Of a stretch of 64,000 bases of DNA, positions 46,477-56,555 are shown one piece after another. Each line of letters begins with the position of its first letter. The stretch's first letter is position 1. Under the pieces are notes generated by a model, which saw nothing but the letters and a program-made list of their open reading frames with translations, made no database searches and had not been told where the DNA came from. Where the stretch lies: the IMG/VR virus record IMGVR_UViG_3300008262_000055; one strand, 5' to 3'. A program made the position numbers and the translations under genes. This stretch comes from a virus (lineage: Duplodnaviria; Caudoviricetes).

Positions 46477-48099
46477 ATGCCATATCAAATTAATAAATTC
46501 AACGGAGAGCGACTAGTTATACTAGAAGATGGTACACTAGATTCGACAACCAATCTTAATCTAGTAGGTAAAAATTTTGCCGGCTATGGAGAAACTCAAA
46601 ATGAAAATTTTGTATGGTTGCTAGAAAATTTTGCCAGCGGTATAGCACCCGGAAAACCGTTAACCGGACAAATATGGTATGATACTGTTACTAAAAAAAT
46701 TAAAGTTTATTCAGGATCAACATGGAATTTTGTAGGTGGAACTAAACTATCAGCTACTGAACCCGTTGATCCTTCAGAAGGCGACGGTTGGTACGATAGC
46801 GATGATGGAAAATTTTATGTATATGACGGCACAGACTTTCAGTTTATAGGACCAGAAACTGTAGCAGGTTTTGGAAATACAAGACACATTTCGGATAAAA
46901 TAATTGATTCATTAGGAAACAATGTTCCAGTAATTAAAACTTTAATTAATGATTCAATAATAGCTATTACGGCAGATAGATCTTTTAATCCGTTAACTCC
47001 TATTACAGGATTTACATCATTTGTAAAAGGTATAAATTTTTCTAGTACATCTGTTCTTAATGGCAACATTTCAGGAAATGCTGGTTCAGCAAATATTTTA
47101 TCTACAGCTAGAAATATCAATGGTGTAGCATTTAATGGATCCGCAGATGTTACTGTAAAAGCATCAACTACTAATAAATTGATATCTGGAAATTATATTA
47201 CAGGTTCTGATTTTGATGGATCTGCTCCTATTACATGGACACTCGATGCTTCGTCTAACAATGTTCAGGATACCGTAGTTGTTAGAGATAGCTCAGGAAA
47301 TTTTGCTGCTAATACTGTAGTAGCTAATCTTACGGGTAATAGTGTAGGCACACATACTGGCCCTGTTGTCGGCGGTGTTACAGGAAATGTTATAGGTAAT
47401 TTAACTGGTAATGTTTTAGGAAATGTCACTGGGGATGTTACTGGTAACGTAACAGGATCTTTAACAGGTAGTTTGTTAGGTAACGCTAAAGGTAGTTTAA
47501 TTGCTGCAGACAATTCTGTAGCCTATGACGGAACTACAAAAATCTTTACAGGTACTTTTACAGGTAATGCTACATCTGCTACTAGATTACAAAACGAAGT
47601 AATGATTAACAATGTTCCGTTTACAGGACAATCTAGTATCACAGTTTTTGATAATACTAAATTTCCTAGTACCGGAGGAACATTAACTGGACCTTTGATC
47701 CTTGCTGATAATCCAAATACAGGATTAGGAGCAGCAACAAAACAATATGTTGACGATAGAGATCAAATTATTAAAAATGAAGTTGTTGCTTTATTCCCAA
47801 CAAATTATACAATAACCTATGGTAATACTCAATACAGCACCACTGGATATACTAATCAAGTTGGATCTTTTAACAACGGTGCTAACTTTTTTGATGTATA
47901 TTCCCCCGCTGGTAAAACAATGGCTAATTTAGTTGCTTTTATTCCTTCAATTGCAGTTATACATTACGCTGGTGGAGTTGACGGCAACGACAGTTTACGA
48001 TGTACTTGGTCTAATCTTGGAGACCGTATCCGTGTATGGGTACAAAACACAGAGCAAAGATCAACACCTGCTGCCAATTGGCTAGCTATTTGGAGTTAA
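46477..48099 (+). CDS. Tail fibre 3
   Basis: Same N-terminal module; G(N/S/D)(V/L)TG repeats; ARNINGVAFNGS and AATKQYVD motifs. Confidence 0.8.
   Translation: MPYQINKFNGERLVILEDGTLDSTTNLNLVGKNFAGYGETQNENFVWLLENFASGIAPGKPLTGQIWYDTVTKKIKVYSGSTWNFVGGTKLSATEPVDPSEGDGWYDSDDGKFYVYDGTDFQFIGPETVAGFGNTRHISDKIIDSLGNNVPVIKTLINDSIIAITADRSFNPLTPITGFTSFVKGINFSSTSVLNGNISGNAGSANILSTARNINGVAFNGSADVTVKASTTNKLISGNYITGSDFDGSAPITWTLDASSNNVQDTVVVRDSSGNFAANTVVANLTGNSVGTHTGPVVGGVTGNVIGNLTGNVLGNVTGDVTGNVTGSLTGSLLGNAKGSLIAADNSVAYDGTTKIFTGTFTGNATSATRLQNEVMINNVPFTGQSSITVFDNTKFPSTGGTLTGPLILADNPNTGLGAATKQYVDDRDQIIKNEVVALFPTNYTITYGNTQYSTTGYTNQVGSFNNGANFFDVYSPAGKTMANLVAFIPSIAVIHYAGGVDGNDSLRCTWSNLGDRIRVWVQNTEQRSTPAANWLAIWS
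47326..47500. repeat. 12-nt period coding repeats (GN[VL]TG, triple beta-helix type)
   Basis: NLTGNSVG...GVTGNVIGNLTGNVLGNVTGDVTGNVTGSLTGSLLGNAKG. Confidence 0.8.
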
Positions 48100-48100
48100 T

Positions 48101-48460
48101 ATGTATTACGTCTGCTTAGAAAATAATCAAATTACAGCAATATTAAATTATCAACCAAACACACCTAATGGTGTAGAGGTGGTTAATATTACCAGCGAAC
48201 AATATGATCAAATAGTCAATGACACACATTTTTTTAATGTAACAACTAAAACTGTTGACGCATTAACTAATGAACAAGTAATTGCTAAATCAACATTTAA
48301 TCAAAACAGTGTTCATAGAGAATTCTTAAATAGTACCGATTGGAAAGTGCTAAGACACTTAAGAGAGCAGTCATTGGGATTACCGACATCTTTAACACAA
48401 CAACAGTTTTTAGAATTAGAGCAGCAAAGACAAACTGCCGCAGATAGTATAACAGAATAA
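48101..48460 (+). CDS. Putative tail fibre assembly chaperone
   Basis: 119 aa directly after a fibre gene; FLNSTDWKV...Q..R motif like Tfa/XkdW-type chaperones. Confidence 0.6.
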   Translation: MYYVCLENNQITAILNYQPNTPNGVEVVNITSEQYDQIVNDTHFFNVTTKTVDALTNEQVIAKSTFNQNSVHREFLNSTDWKVLRHLREQSLGLPTSLTQQQFLELEQQRQTAADSITE

Positions 48461-48472
48461 TAGGAGCAAGTA

Positions 48473-50118
48473 ATGCCATACCAGATAGATAGATATAACG
48501 GATCGTTTTTTATAGAAGTTCCTGATCAAACGGTTGACAGTTCTAGTTCCGATCTAAAACTTATTGGAAAAAATTATGCTGGATATGGTGAGGTCCAGAA
48601 TCTGTAACCGACGTATCTAGCACAGCCCCAACAGGATCGTCAGTTAAAGACAAAGGAAATCTTTGGTATAACGATGCTCTAGATCAATTAAACATCTGGG
48701 ATGGCACTGAATATAGAATTATTGGACCAGAAATCGCAGTAGGATTTGGAGAAACTAAATTATCATCAGGAACAATACGTGATAACGGAAACGTTGAATA
48801 TCCTATAATCAAAGTTTTTAACAATGATAAAGTTATTGCGGTTGTAAGTAACGATCAATTTGACATTGGAATTATTGACACTATTGATGGATTTACAACT
48901 ATCAAGAAAGGATTTACTCTAGTTGATACTGCTGCTAGCGGTGTAACATCTTCGCAATATAGATACTGGGGAACAGCTAGTAACACAGAAAAATTCTCAG
49001 GATTTACCACTGCTGATTTTGTTATGCGTGGTATGAACGGATCTACGTTTGGAGATACGGGTGTAACTTTAGGTGATGACAACGATTTAAAAATATTTGT
49101 TGAAGATTTTAACAAGATTGTTATATCCAGTCAGTTAAATGGTCCATTAAAAATACGTGTAAAGAACGGTGCTATTAACAATGATGTGGCTATTTTCTCC
49201 GAAGCAGGTATGGAGCCCAACACTACTGAAATATATAACTTAGGGTCGTCTGTTAAAAAATGGAGTGCTATACATTCCAAGGACGTATTTGGTAATGTCA
49301 TAGGTACATTACAAGGCGATCTACTAGCAGAAGACGATCAAGTAATGTTTGATGCTAGTCTTAAAGAATTTTATGGTACACATGTGGGTATCAATAAAGG
49401 CGATATTAGAGCAGCAGATAATTCTTTATGTTTTGATTCTTCTGCTAGAGCGTTTATTGGTGCTTCGGGTACATTTACTAATATAACTACGGATCTATTA
49501 ACATTAGTTGACAGGGTTATTGGTGATCTCAAAGGCGACATTTACGCTAGTGATGATACTATTGCCTATAACGCAGGAACAAAAATATTCACAGGCTCGT
49601 TAGTTGGTAACGCAGACACAGCCGCTAAATTACAATCGCCTAAGTATATTAACGGTGTTGCTTTTGACGGATCAGAAAATATTAATGTTGTTGACGAAAC
49701 TAGAGTAGCTAAATCCGGTGGCATTATGACTGGGTATCTAACCTTAGTAGACGATCCTATTAATGATAAACATGCCGCTACTAAGAAATATGTTGATGAT
49801 CAAATAGCAAACAGAACTCTATATTTCAGTTTAGATACTAATGGATTATCGACTACAGGTTCCGGGCCAGGGTCGGTAGCAGGTTTGTTAAATCAATTAG
49901 CACCACCATTAAACTTCCGTGTGGGTACAATGGCACATATCGCAAGTACTATACAGAATGTATCAACATCAACATCTGTTTCTAGAGGTAGTTGGATTAG
50001 CGTTTCGTTTGTAAGTAACGTTAGTGTAACTACTACAGTTACTAATCCTTCTAGAAATAATTTATTGATATATCGAGTTAACACAATACAGTCGAGTTGG
50101 GAATATGTCTCAGGTTAA
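48473..50118 (+). pseudogene. Tail fibre 4, interrupted by an apparent out-of-frame deletion near 48600
   Basis: ATG at 48473 gives MPYQIDRYNG...LIGKNYAGYGEVQNL* (stop 48605-48607). Homologous sequence resumes in another frame (SVTDVSSTAP...GNLWYND...IGPE) and runs through the 49024..50118 ORF. The ENF.HLLENFA...GQ.W.D block is missing. Confidence 0.75.
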
Positions 50119-50602
50119 ATTAGTAAAAAACTATGTTACTAATGTAGATGAAATTATCGAACTAGCTGAAAAGCATAGCGATAAGTTCTCTAGCCGCACT
50201 TCAACCGATACACATAATTTTAAAACATCATACGGTAGTAGTAAATTAAAAAGCCTATTTCACTTTAATATGGATTCTGAATTAAAGTCTGCTATCACAA
50301 AAACACTACCTGATGATGTTAGATTTATAACCAGCATGACTATCAATAGATACGATCCGGGCGATTATCTGCTGCGTCACAGAGACAGTATCGGGGGATA
50401 TTGGAAATTTAAATTGATTTTTTTAAGAAGCGATAGACCACATTTCAAATATTATGATGATCAAGGACAAGACCATTTAGTGGATGAGGAACCGGGTTCC
50501 CTTATCGATATGCCTTTACATCTAGAACATGAAGTTACAGAAATTGGATCTACTGAAAAATCCAAATACAGTTTAGTATTAGCTTGGGGAAGGATAGGAT
50601 AA
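50105..50602 (+). CDS. 2OG-Fe(II) oxygenase
   Basis: INRYDPGDYLLRHRD (HxD), HEV distal His and KYSLV strand. Confidence 0.7.
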   Translation: MSQVKLVKNYVTNVDEIIELAEKHSDKFSSRTSTDTHNFKTSYGSSKLKSLFHFNMDSELKSAITKTLPDDVRFITSMTINRYDPGDYLLRHRDSIGGYWKFKLIFLRSDRPHFKYYDDQGQDHLVDEEPGSLIDMPLHLEHEVTEIGSTEKSKYSLVLAWGRIG

Positions 50603-51072
50603 TGACAAAAATAGCAAGAGAATTACTTTTTATAAAAAACAGCGGAGTCCTTATTGGAGAAATTACTCCAGAAACTGATAGATCAACTTTAAATCTAGAC
50701 AGCTTTGTTGTTAAGATTGTTGAATTAGATGAGGATGCCGGTGATTACTGGTACGGAGATTATACTACAGGCGAAGTTAGATCTAGAGCCGATAAGCCTG
50801 TAATCACCGAATCATATGTAAAGTATAATACTAACGTATCTATACTCAACGAATATCCTATACATAAACAACTTAATATAATAATTGATATGTTAGATAG
50901 AAGCGAGATCGCAAAAACGTCTGAATTTACAGCTCTTAAAGAGTTTTTAGAAGCTGCTAAACAGAATCATAGAGAGCAAATTGCGTCGTATTCGGCAAAT
51001 GCCGCTGCTTTTACATTTGTTTCTGAAGCCGAAGAGAGAGAAATTATAACAAAAAAGCAGAATTTTGAATAA
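50602..51072 (+). CDS. Hypothetical fibre-associated protein
   Basis: ORF-track call starts at 50584; the ATG at 50602 overlapping the upstream stop is more plausible. Confidence 0.6.
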   Translation: MTKIARELLFIKNSGVLIGEITPETDRSTLNLDSFVVKIVELDEDAGDYWYGDYTTGEVRSRADKPVITESYVKYNTNVSILNEYPIHKQLNIIIDMLDRSEIAKTSEFTALKEFLEAAKQNHREQIASYSANAAAFTFVSEAEEREIITKKQNFE

Positions 51073-51081
51073 ACAGTCTGC

Positions 51082-51089
51082 GATAAATA
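51082..51089 (+). promoter_or_regulatory. Late promoter (GATAAATA)
   Basis: Upstream of the ATG at 51111. Confidence 0.5.
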
Positions 51090-51110
51090 CAGTGAATTGG
51101 ACGAACAACT

Positions 51111-52907
51111 ATGACATACCGCGTAGACAGATATAACGGAACTTTTTTAACGAATGTTGCTGACGGCACCATCGATAATACTACGGATTTAAAATTTGTA
51201 GGCAGGAACTATACAGGCTACGGCGAAGTACAAAACGAAAATTTTCTTCATTTATTAGAAAATTTTGCTAACACAATACCGCCATCTAAGCCAATCTTAG
51301 GACAGATATGGTTTGATTCTGTTAATAAAAAATTAAAATTCTACGATGGAACAAAATTTAAAGTAGCCAGTGGTGCTGAAATAGCGTCAACGCCTCCTCC
51401 AGGACTAACAGCAGGCGATTTATGGTTTGATACTAATACTAATCAATTATCAGCTTGGAACGGGTCAAGCTTCGTGCTAATTGGACCTCAGAGTGCTCCA
51501 GGATTTGGTACTTCACAGATTGTTACTCAGGTTGTAAAAGATTCCAATAACACCAGTCATGTTATCCTACGTGCTGTAGTTGGCGGAGTTACCACAGCTA
51601 TTTTCAGCAATGATGACGATTTTACTTTATCAACTTCAAATAACATAGCAGGTTTTTCAGAAACAGGACGACAAGTTAAAAAAGGTGTTACTTTAAATTC
51701 TGTAAATTCTACAGGTGTAAGTACCGGTCAAGTATTTTGGGGCACAGCTAGTGATGCTCTTAAACTAGGTGGCGTATCTCCGTCTAATTATATTCGTTCA
51801 GACATTGAAGGCGGATTTAATAACACTATTGGGTTCCAGGCAGGTTTAACTGTTGGAACTAGTACAAGAAAAGACCTTAAAATTTATGTAAATTCATCTG
51901 TTGGCCAACAACCGATTATTGAAAATCAAATTAATGGTCAAATTTTAGTTAGAATAAGTGCTGGTGGTTCAAACGTCGATAAAGACGATATGATGATATT
52001 TTCTAGGCAGATATATGACGTTGCCGATCCAGACTCGGAATTTTGTATTTTACCTGGGTCTACATCAAAGTATAATCTAGGTTACAGTGGTAAAAGATGG
52101 AATAAAATTTACGCTAATCATCTATTTGGCGATGTTGAAGGAAATGTAACAGGAAATAGTACTGGTGTACACAAAGGCAGCGTTAGAGACAATTCAAATG
52201 TTATTTCTTTTGATGCTGACACAAGAACATTTTATGGAAGATTCGAAGGCGAATTTGCCGGTCCTATTGTAGGTCAAGCTTCTTCGGCTATCAGTGCTAC
52301 TAGATTACAAGTAGGATCTAACATTTATAACCCTAGTGAGTTGGCCCTTCCTGGTTCGGCATCAATACCAATTAGAACTTCAATAGGAACTATCAGTGCT
52401 GTATTGTTTAATGGTACATCAACTAACAGTCAAGCAATCGAAGGAAGATTACCGTCTGTAGAAAAAGATCCTGATACTGTAGTACTTAGAACAGCAGGAG
52501 CGGATATAAATGCTAGATTTTTTAACGGTACGTCTACTAGTTCTAGATACGCTGACTTAGCTGAAAAATACCTCGCAGATAAAGAATACGCTGTAGGCAC
52601 AGTAGTAGCAGTAGGCGGAGAAGCAGAAGTACGGGAAGCACAATTTGGAGATAGAGCCATAGGCGTTGTTTCAGAAAACCCTGCGTTCAGAATGAATGAG
52701 GATTTAACAAACGGCACATATATAGCATTAAAGGGAAGAGTTCCAGTCAAAGTTACTGGATCCATTAGGAAAGGAGACAGATTGGTAGCTGCTAATAACG
52801 GATGTGCTATTCATGCTAGTTTCCATCAGTACCCAGATGTTTTTGCTATTGCTCTAGAATCTTCAGATGATGTAGGAACAAAAATAGTAGAAGCTTTAGT
52901 ATTATAA
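51111..52907 (+). CDS. Tail fibre 5 with C-terminal intramolecular-chaperone-like domain
   Basis: Same N-terminal module; C terminus YADLAEKY...GTVV.VGG..EV...AIGVVS.NP...IALKGRVPVKV.G.I.KGD.LV. Confidence 0.8.
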   Translation: MTYRVDRYNGTFLTNVADGTIDNTTDLKFVGRNYTGYGEVQNENFLHLLENFANTIPPSKPILGQIWFDSVNKKLKFYDGTKFKVASGAEIASTPPPGLTAGDLWFDTNTNQLSAWNGSSFVLIGPQSAPGFGTSQIVTQVVKDSNNTSHVILRAVVGGVTTAIFSNDDDFTLSTSNNIAGFSETGRQVKKGVTLNSVNSTGVSTGQVFWGTASDALKLGGVSPSNYIRSDIEGGFNNTIGFQAGLTVGTSTRKDLKIYVNSSVGQQPIIENQINGQILVRISAGGSNVDKDDMMIFSRQIYDVADPDSEFCILPGSTSKYNLGYSGKRWNKIYANHLFGDVEGNVTGNSTGVHKGSVRDNSNVISFDADTRTFYGRFEGEFAGPIVGQASSAISATRLQVGSNIYNPSELALPGSASIPIRTSIGTISAVLFNGTSTNSQAIEGRLPSVEKDPDTVVLRTAGADINARFFNGTSTSSRYADLAEKYLADKEYAVGTVVAVGGEAEVREAQFGDRAIGVVSENPAFRMNEDLTNGTYIALKGRVPVKVTGSIRKGDRLVAANNGCAIHASFHQYPDVFAIALESSDDVGTKIVEALVL

Positions 52908-52916
52908 GGAAAAAAA

Positions 52917-54017
52917 ATGCCGACAATTACGCCGGGTGTAACACCAATATCGTTTAGCGATTGGGACAAAATTATTTCTACAATTACTAGAGCTAATCCG
53001 GGAGTAGTTACCACATCAACAAACCACGGATTCGCAAACGGTGATATTATATTCCTTTCAGGATTACCGGGGCTTTGGGCTAGCGAAGCAGCAGGGCTAG
53101 AAGGACAATACTTTGAAGTTACAAGTGCTACATCAAACACTTTTTCCCTTAAAGACTCACAGTTGGACGGCTTAGGATTGCCACCGTACCCGTCAAATAA
53201 CGGAACAGTTACTCAACCTATAGTACATAAAAGCCAATTTGACAGAATTAAAGTAGATCTTGATGCTGTATATCAACACATTTTTGGAATTAATTCTGGA
53301 GCATCATCGCCAACACGAGCGACCACAATACAGGGAAATGTATATAATCAATATTATACAGGTATAGATACAGCCTTATCTAAAAAATTAGTTTTAAAAA
53401 CATATGAATCTGTACTGATAGCTACTAGAAGCCAAACATCCAACTGGGGTGACGGTGCCTCTGGTATCGATGCTACGTTTACAGTAACGTGGCCTGATGA
53501 GTTGAAATTTTTTCAATATTGGAATACTGGCGGATATTTAAAATTTAGTATTATTATTTCTAACCAAACAACCACAGGGGCTCAGAACAATAAGGAAGTG
53601 GCATGGACAAGTCTAATAAACAATAACTTTCCTATGTATTATACGGGATTTACTAAAGCGGTCATGGGCTACGACTCAACAACTTTTATTGAAAACAGAA
53701 CATCTGATACAAATAATTTTACAGAAGAAGGAGCATTCACTTCATCTACGGCTGGATTTACACAAATTTATCTAAAAAATTCAACTACTAGTCCGTATAC
53801 ATCAAACTACATTCGCATGGAACACTTTAGAGTAGTAGGTCAACCAAACGCAATTCAATTTAATTTGTTATTACAAGACCAGGTTTCAAATGCTTTTACT
53901 TCAGGTGTAACAGCAGATATAACATTCAATATTAATGCTGTCTATACCAAAACTCCAATCCCTCTCGGATGGGATCCTTCTACACAGATTACCTGTTCAT
54001 TCACTAATACCCTATAA
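52917..54017 (+). CDS. Putative virion structural protein
   Basis: N-terminal ITRANPGVVTTSTNHGFANGDII beta module typical of phage structural proteins; S/T-rich. Confidence 0.55.
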   Translation: MPTITPGVTPISFSDWDKIISTITRANPGVVTTSTNHGFANGDIIFLSGLPGLWASEAAGLEGQYFEVTSATSNTFSLKDSQLDGLGLPPYPSNNGTVTQPIVHKSQFDRIKVDLDAVYQHIFGINSGASSPTRATTIQGNVYNQYYTGIDTALSKKLVLKTYESVLIATRSQTSNWGDGASGIDATFTVTWPDELKFFQYWNTGGYLKFSIIISNQTTTGAQNNKEVAWTSLINNNFPMYYTGFTKAVMGYDSTTFIENRTSDTNNFTEEGAFTSSTAGFTQIYLKNSTTSPYTSNYIRMEHFRVVGQPNAIQFNLLLQDQVSNAFTSGVTADITFNINAVYTKTPIPLGWDPSTQITCSFTNTL

Positions 54018-54022
54018 TCCAG

Positions 54023-54053
54023 TTAGCTCGGCATATATAATTTGTCGAGCTAA
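54023..54053 (+). promoter_or_regulatory. Stem-loop with a promoter-like loop upstream of ORF 54057
   Basis: TTAGCTCGGCA / TGTCGAGCTAA (11 bp, one G-U) enclosing TATATAATT. Confidence 0.5.
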
Positions 54054-54056
54054 ACT

Positions 54057-54380
54057 ATGGAAAAATCTCTTGAACTTATAATTAAAAAATCTGATAGATT
54101 ATTATCAGCTAAAATCAAACGACAGACTCTTAAGGAGAGGTTTGATGCTGATATTACATTTGGATATAATGGTGGAATTTTTAAAGTTGATCAGCAGCTG
54201 ATAACTTATACGAATTTCTTATTATCTTTAGACAAACAACATAATGTAATACTATTAGATATCAATCAAACACCTATTGTAATAGACGATCTATCTAAAT
54301 TTCAAAAAGATATTTTAGAAAGATATTTTATGGCACTGGGGCGATACAATGCCGGATACCAAGATTTAAAAAATGGATAA
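54057..54380 (+). CDS. Hypothetical protein
   Basis: 107 aa ORF, first gene of the modification cluster. Confidence 0.7.
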   Translation: MEKSLELIIKKSDRLLSAKIKRQTLKERFDADITFGYNGGIFKVDQQLITYTNFLLSLDKQHNVILLDINQTPIVIDDLSKFQKDILERYFMALGRYNAGYQDLKNG

Positions 54381-55146
54381 AGGTATAGTAATATTTGGTC
54401 ATAATTCTAAAGATATAGATTATGTTAAATTATCTGATATGGCAGCAGGATATGCTGTAAAAAAATTAAATGTTCCTGTAACACTAATTACTGATCATAA
54501 ATCTGTAACCAATAGTCAATCCAAATTAAAAAATATAGATAATCTTTTAGTTGTAGACAGGCCACCTAGTGTCAATACAAGACAACTTCTAGGGCAGCAT
54601 ATAGATTTTATCAATACCAACAGACATCTAGCTTTTAAATATTCTCCGTATGATCGTACCTTATTAATTGATTCAGATCTTTTTATCCTTACAGATAGAT
54701 TAAACGCATACTGGAATTCAGATAAAGAATTTTTAATAACCGAAGGAATGATTCCGATTGGTGATCGATTATCTTCAGACACTGTAAAATTATCACCAAC
54801 AACTATAACTATGCGATGGGCGACAGCCATTATGTTTTCTAAAACTGACACGGTTGAAAATATTTTTAAAGTAGTAGAATATGTTAAAGAAAATTGGTTT
54901 TACTTTATTGATCTTTACAATTTGCCCCCTACTAGTTTTAGGAATGATTTTGCTTTTACCATAGCCAATCATATTGTTTACGGATTCTTGCCCGCAGATA
55001 ATTTTTTACCAAGTCCTATGATGGCACTAGAAAATTTAAAAGTTAAACAATTTAATAACGATAATATTGTTATTGACAAATACACTATTGATACTGATGT
55101 TCATATTATGGACAAATTTAGTTTACAGGATAGTATATATGAATAA
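54373..55146 (+). CDS. Glycosyltransferase-like protein (GT-A fold, GT8-like)
   Basis: YSPYDRTLLIDSD (DxD), WATAIMFSK, FRNDFAFTIA. Confidence 0.6.
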   Translation: MDKGIVIFGHNSKDIDYVKLSDMAAGYAVKKLNVPVTLITDHKSVTNSQSKLKNIDNLLVVDRPPSVNTRQLLGQHIDFINTNRHLAFKYSPYDRTLLIDSDLFILTDRLNAYWNSDKEFLITEGMIPIGDRLSSDTVKLSPTTITMRWATAIMFSKTDTVENIFKVVEYVKENWFYFIDLYNLPPTSFRNDFAFTIANHIVYGFLPADNFLPSPMMALENLKVKQFNNDNIVIDKYTIDTDVHIMDKFSLQDSIYE

Positions 55147-55990
55147 TGATTTTGGTTATCTAATTATAATTTCTAAAAGTCAAACTCATAGGTACGATCT
55201 GATGGCAGTATTATTGGCTCAATCTATAAAACGTACTCAAAAACAGGGATATGATAAGATAGCTTTAGTAACAGATGATCAAGATAAATTATCATGGTTT
55301 AAAGGTATGCCTTATTTTGATTCTGTAATTTTTTGGGATAAAAAATCACACTGGGACGGCAGGTCTTATATGGACGAATTGTCACCTTGGAAATTTACAG
55401 TATGTTTAGATACTGATATGATTTTTTTCCGCGATACCAGTCACTGGGTTGATTATTTTATTAGAGAAAATTATCTATATGTTGCTAATAAAGTTTTACA
55501 ATATAATGGTGAGCTAATGACTAACGATCATTGTAGAAAAACTTTTACAGACAACAATCTTCCTATGCTTTATTCTGGTTATACTTTTTTTGCTAAAAAT
55601 GAAAAATCTAAAGATTTTTTTGACTTAGGTAGGACAATAATAGAAAATCCTAAAGAATTTAAGAATTTCTTTCTTTATAATAATATTCCTGAAGTTGTAG
55701 GTACAGACGAAGCATTTGCTCTAGCTGCTAAAATTTTAGATATAGACAACGATATATCCTATCCTTTAGAATTTCCAAGATTTACCCATTTAAAATCTAT
55801 ATTACAAGATGAAGTCACTGGAACAATTAAAGATGATCTTGGATATTACTTTAATGAAAAAATTTTTAAAATTGGAATTTTTAATCAAATAGATATTTTA
55901 CATTATTCTGATAAAGATATTGACATTAGTACTTTAATACAATCTTACCAAGATGAATTTTTAAAGAATATGAAGGTCAGTCATGAATAA
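55139..55990 (+). CDS. Glycosyltransferase-like protein (GT-A fold, GT8-like)
   Basis: LSPWKFTVCLDTDMIF (DxD), YSGYTFF, GTDEAFALA; paralog of the preceding gene; probable ATG at 55139. Confidence 0.6.
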   Translation: MNNDFGYLIIISKSQTHRYDLMAVLLAQSIKRTQKQGYDKIALVTDDQDKLSWFKGMPYFDSVIFWDKKSHWDGRSYMDELSPWKFTVCLDTDMIFFRDTSHWVDYFIRENYLYVANKVLQYNGELMTNDHCRKTFTDNNLPMLYSGYTFFAKNEKSKDFFDLGRTIIENPKEFKNFFLYNNIPEVVGTDEAFALAAKILDIDNDISYPLEFPRFTHLKSILQDEVTGTIKDDLGYYFNEKIFKIGIFNQIDILHYSDKDIDISTLIQSYQDEFLKNMKVSHE

Positions 55991-56555
55991 TCTTTACATT
56001 CTTTTTGATATATTATCAGGAACCATTATAAAGGTATCATCTACAGAAATAGAAAACGATCTTGATTCAAGACAATCTATAAAAGTAGACCAACATATCT
56101 TAGATCACTTAAATGAAAGTAACTCTTTTGAAAGGTTATTTACGGATTTTAAAGCCTTCATAACAGATAAAGGCCTACGTATTGTTGATCAACGTAAAAC
56201 CACTGCCGATAAAACTTATAATAAATTATTACCTATACCATATATACATAGATTACAAGACGCTGTAGCAGATCTTAAACTAGAAATTACCAGTTTAGAA
56301 AATAAACCAGTATTAAAAATTAAATTATTAGCAGAAAAAGATATTCGGTTAAATCCTTACAAGAATAAAACCTATATACATCTAACAGAAAAAAATGACG
56401 TTAATGGTCATTATCAAACTTTTGAAATTGATCTCAATAAGTTTGATGATGAAATAATTTTTGATATTGATCGTTGCGATTATAAAAAATTATTTGCCAA
56501 TCAAATTAGTTTTTATCATCGTAAAAAAATGAACATAGTGTATACAATTATATGA
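55983..56555 (+). CDS. Hypothetical protein
   Basis: 190 aa ORF translationally coupled within the cluster. Confidence 0.65.
   Translation: MNNLYILFDILSGTIIKVSSTEIENDLDSRQSIKVDQHILDHLNESNSFERLFTDFKAFITDKGLRIVDQRKTTADKTYNKLLPIPYIHRLQDAVADLKLEITSLENKPVLKIKLLAEKDIRLNPYKNKTYIHLTEKNDVNGHYQTFEIDLNKFDDEIIFDIDRCDYKKLFANQISFYHRKKMNIVYTII

Noticed and set aside
48592-48607. Programmed frameshift rescuing fibre 4
   Set aside because: No slippery sequence or stimulatory stem, and a shift would still leave the conserved anchor block missing.
49024-50118. Independent 364-aa gene as called in the ORF track
   Set aside because: The frame is open and homologous from about 48601; it is the 3' part of the disrupted gene starting at 48473.
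42190-52907. Diversity-generating retroelement or invertase shufflon acting on the fibres
   Set aside because: No reverse transcriptase or recombinase, no near-identical TR/VR pair with A-specific mismatches and no inverted crossover repeats were seen; the paralogs are diverged throughout.
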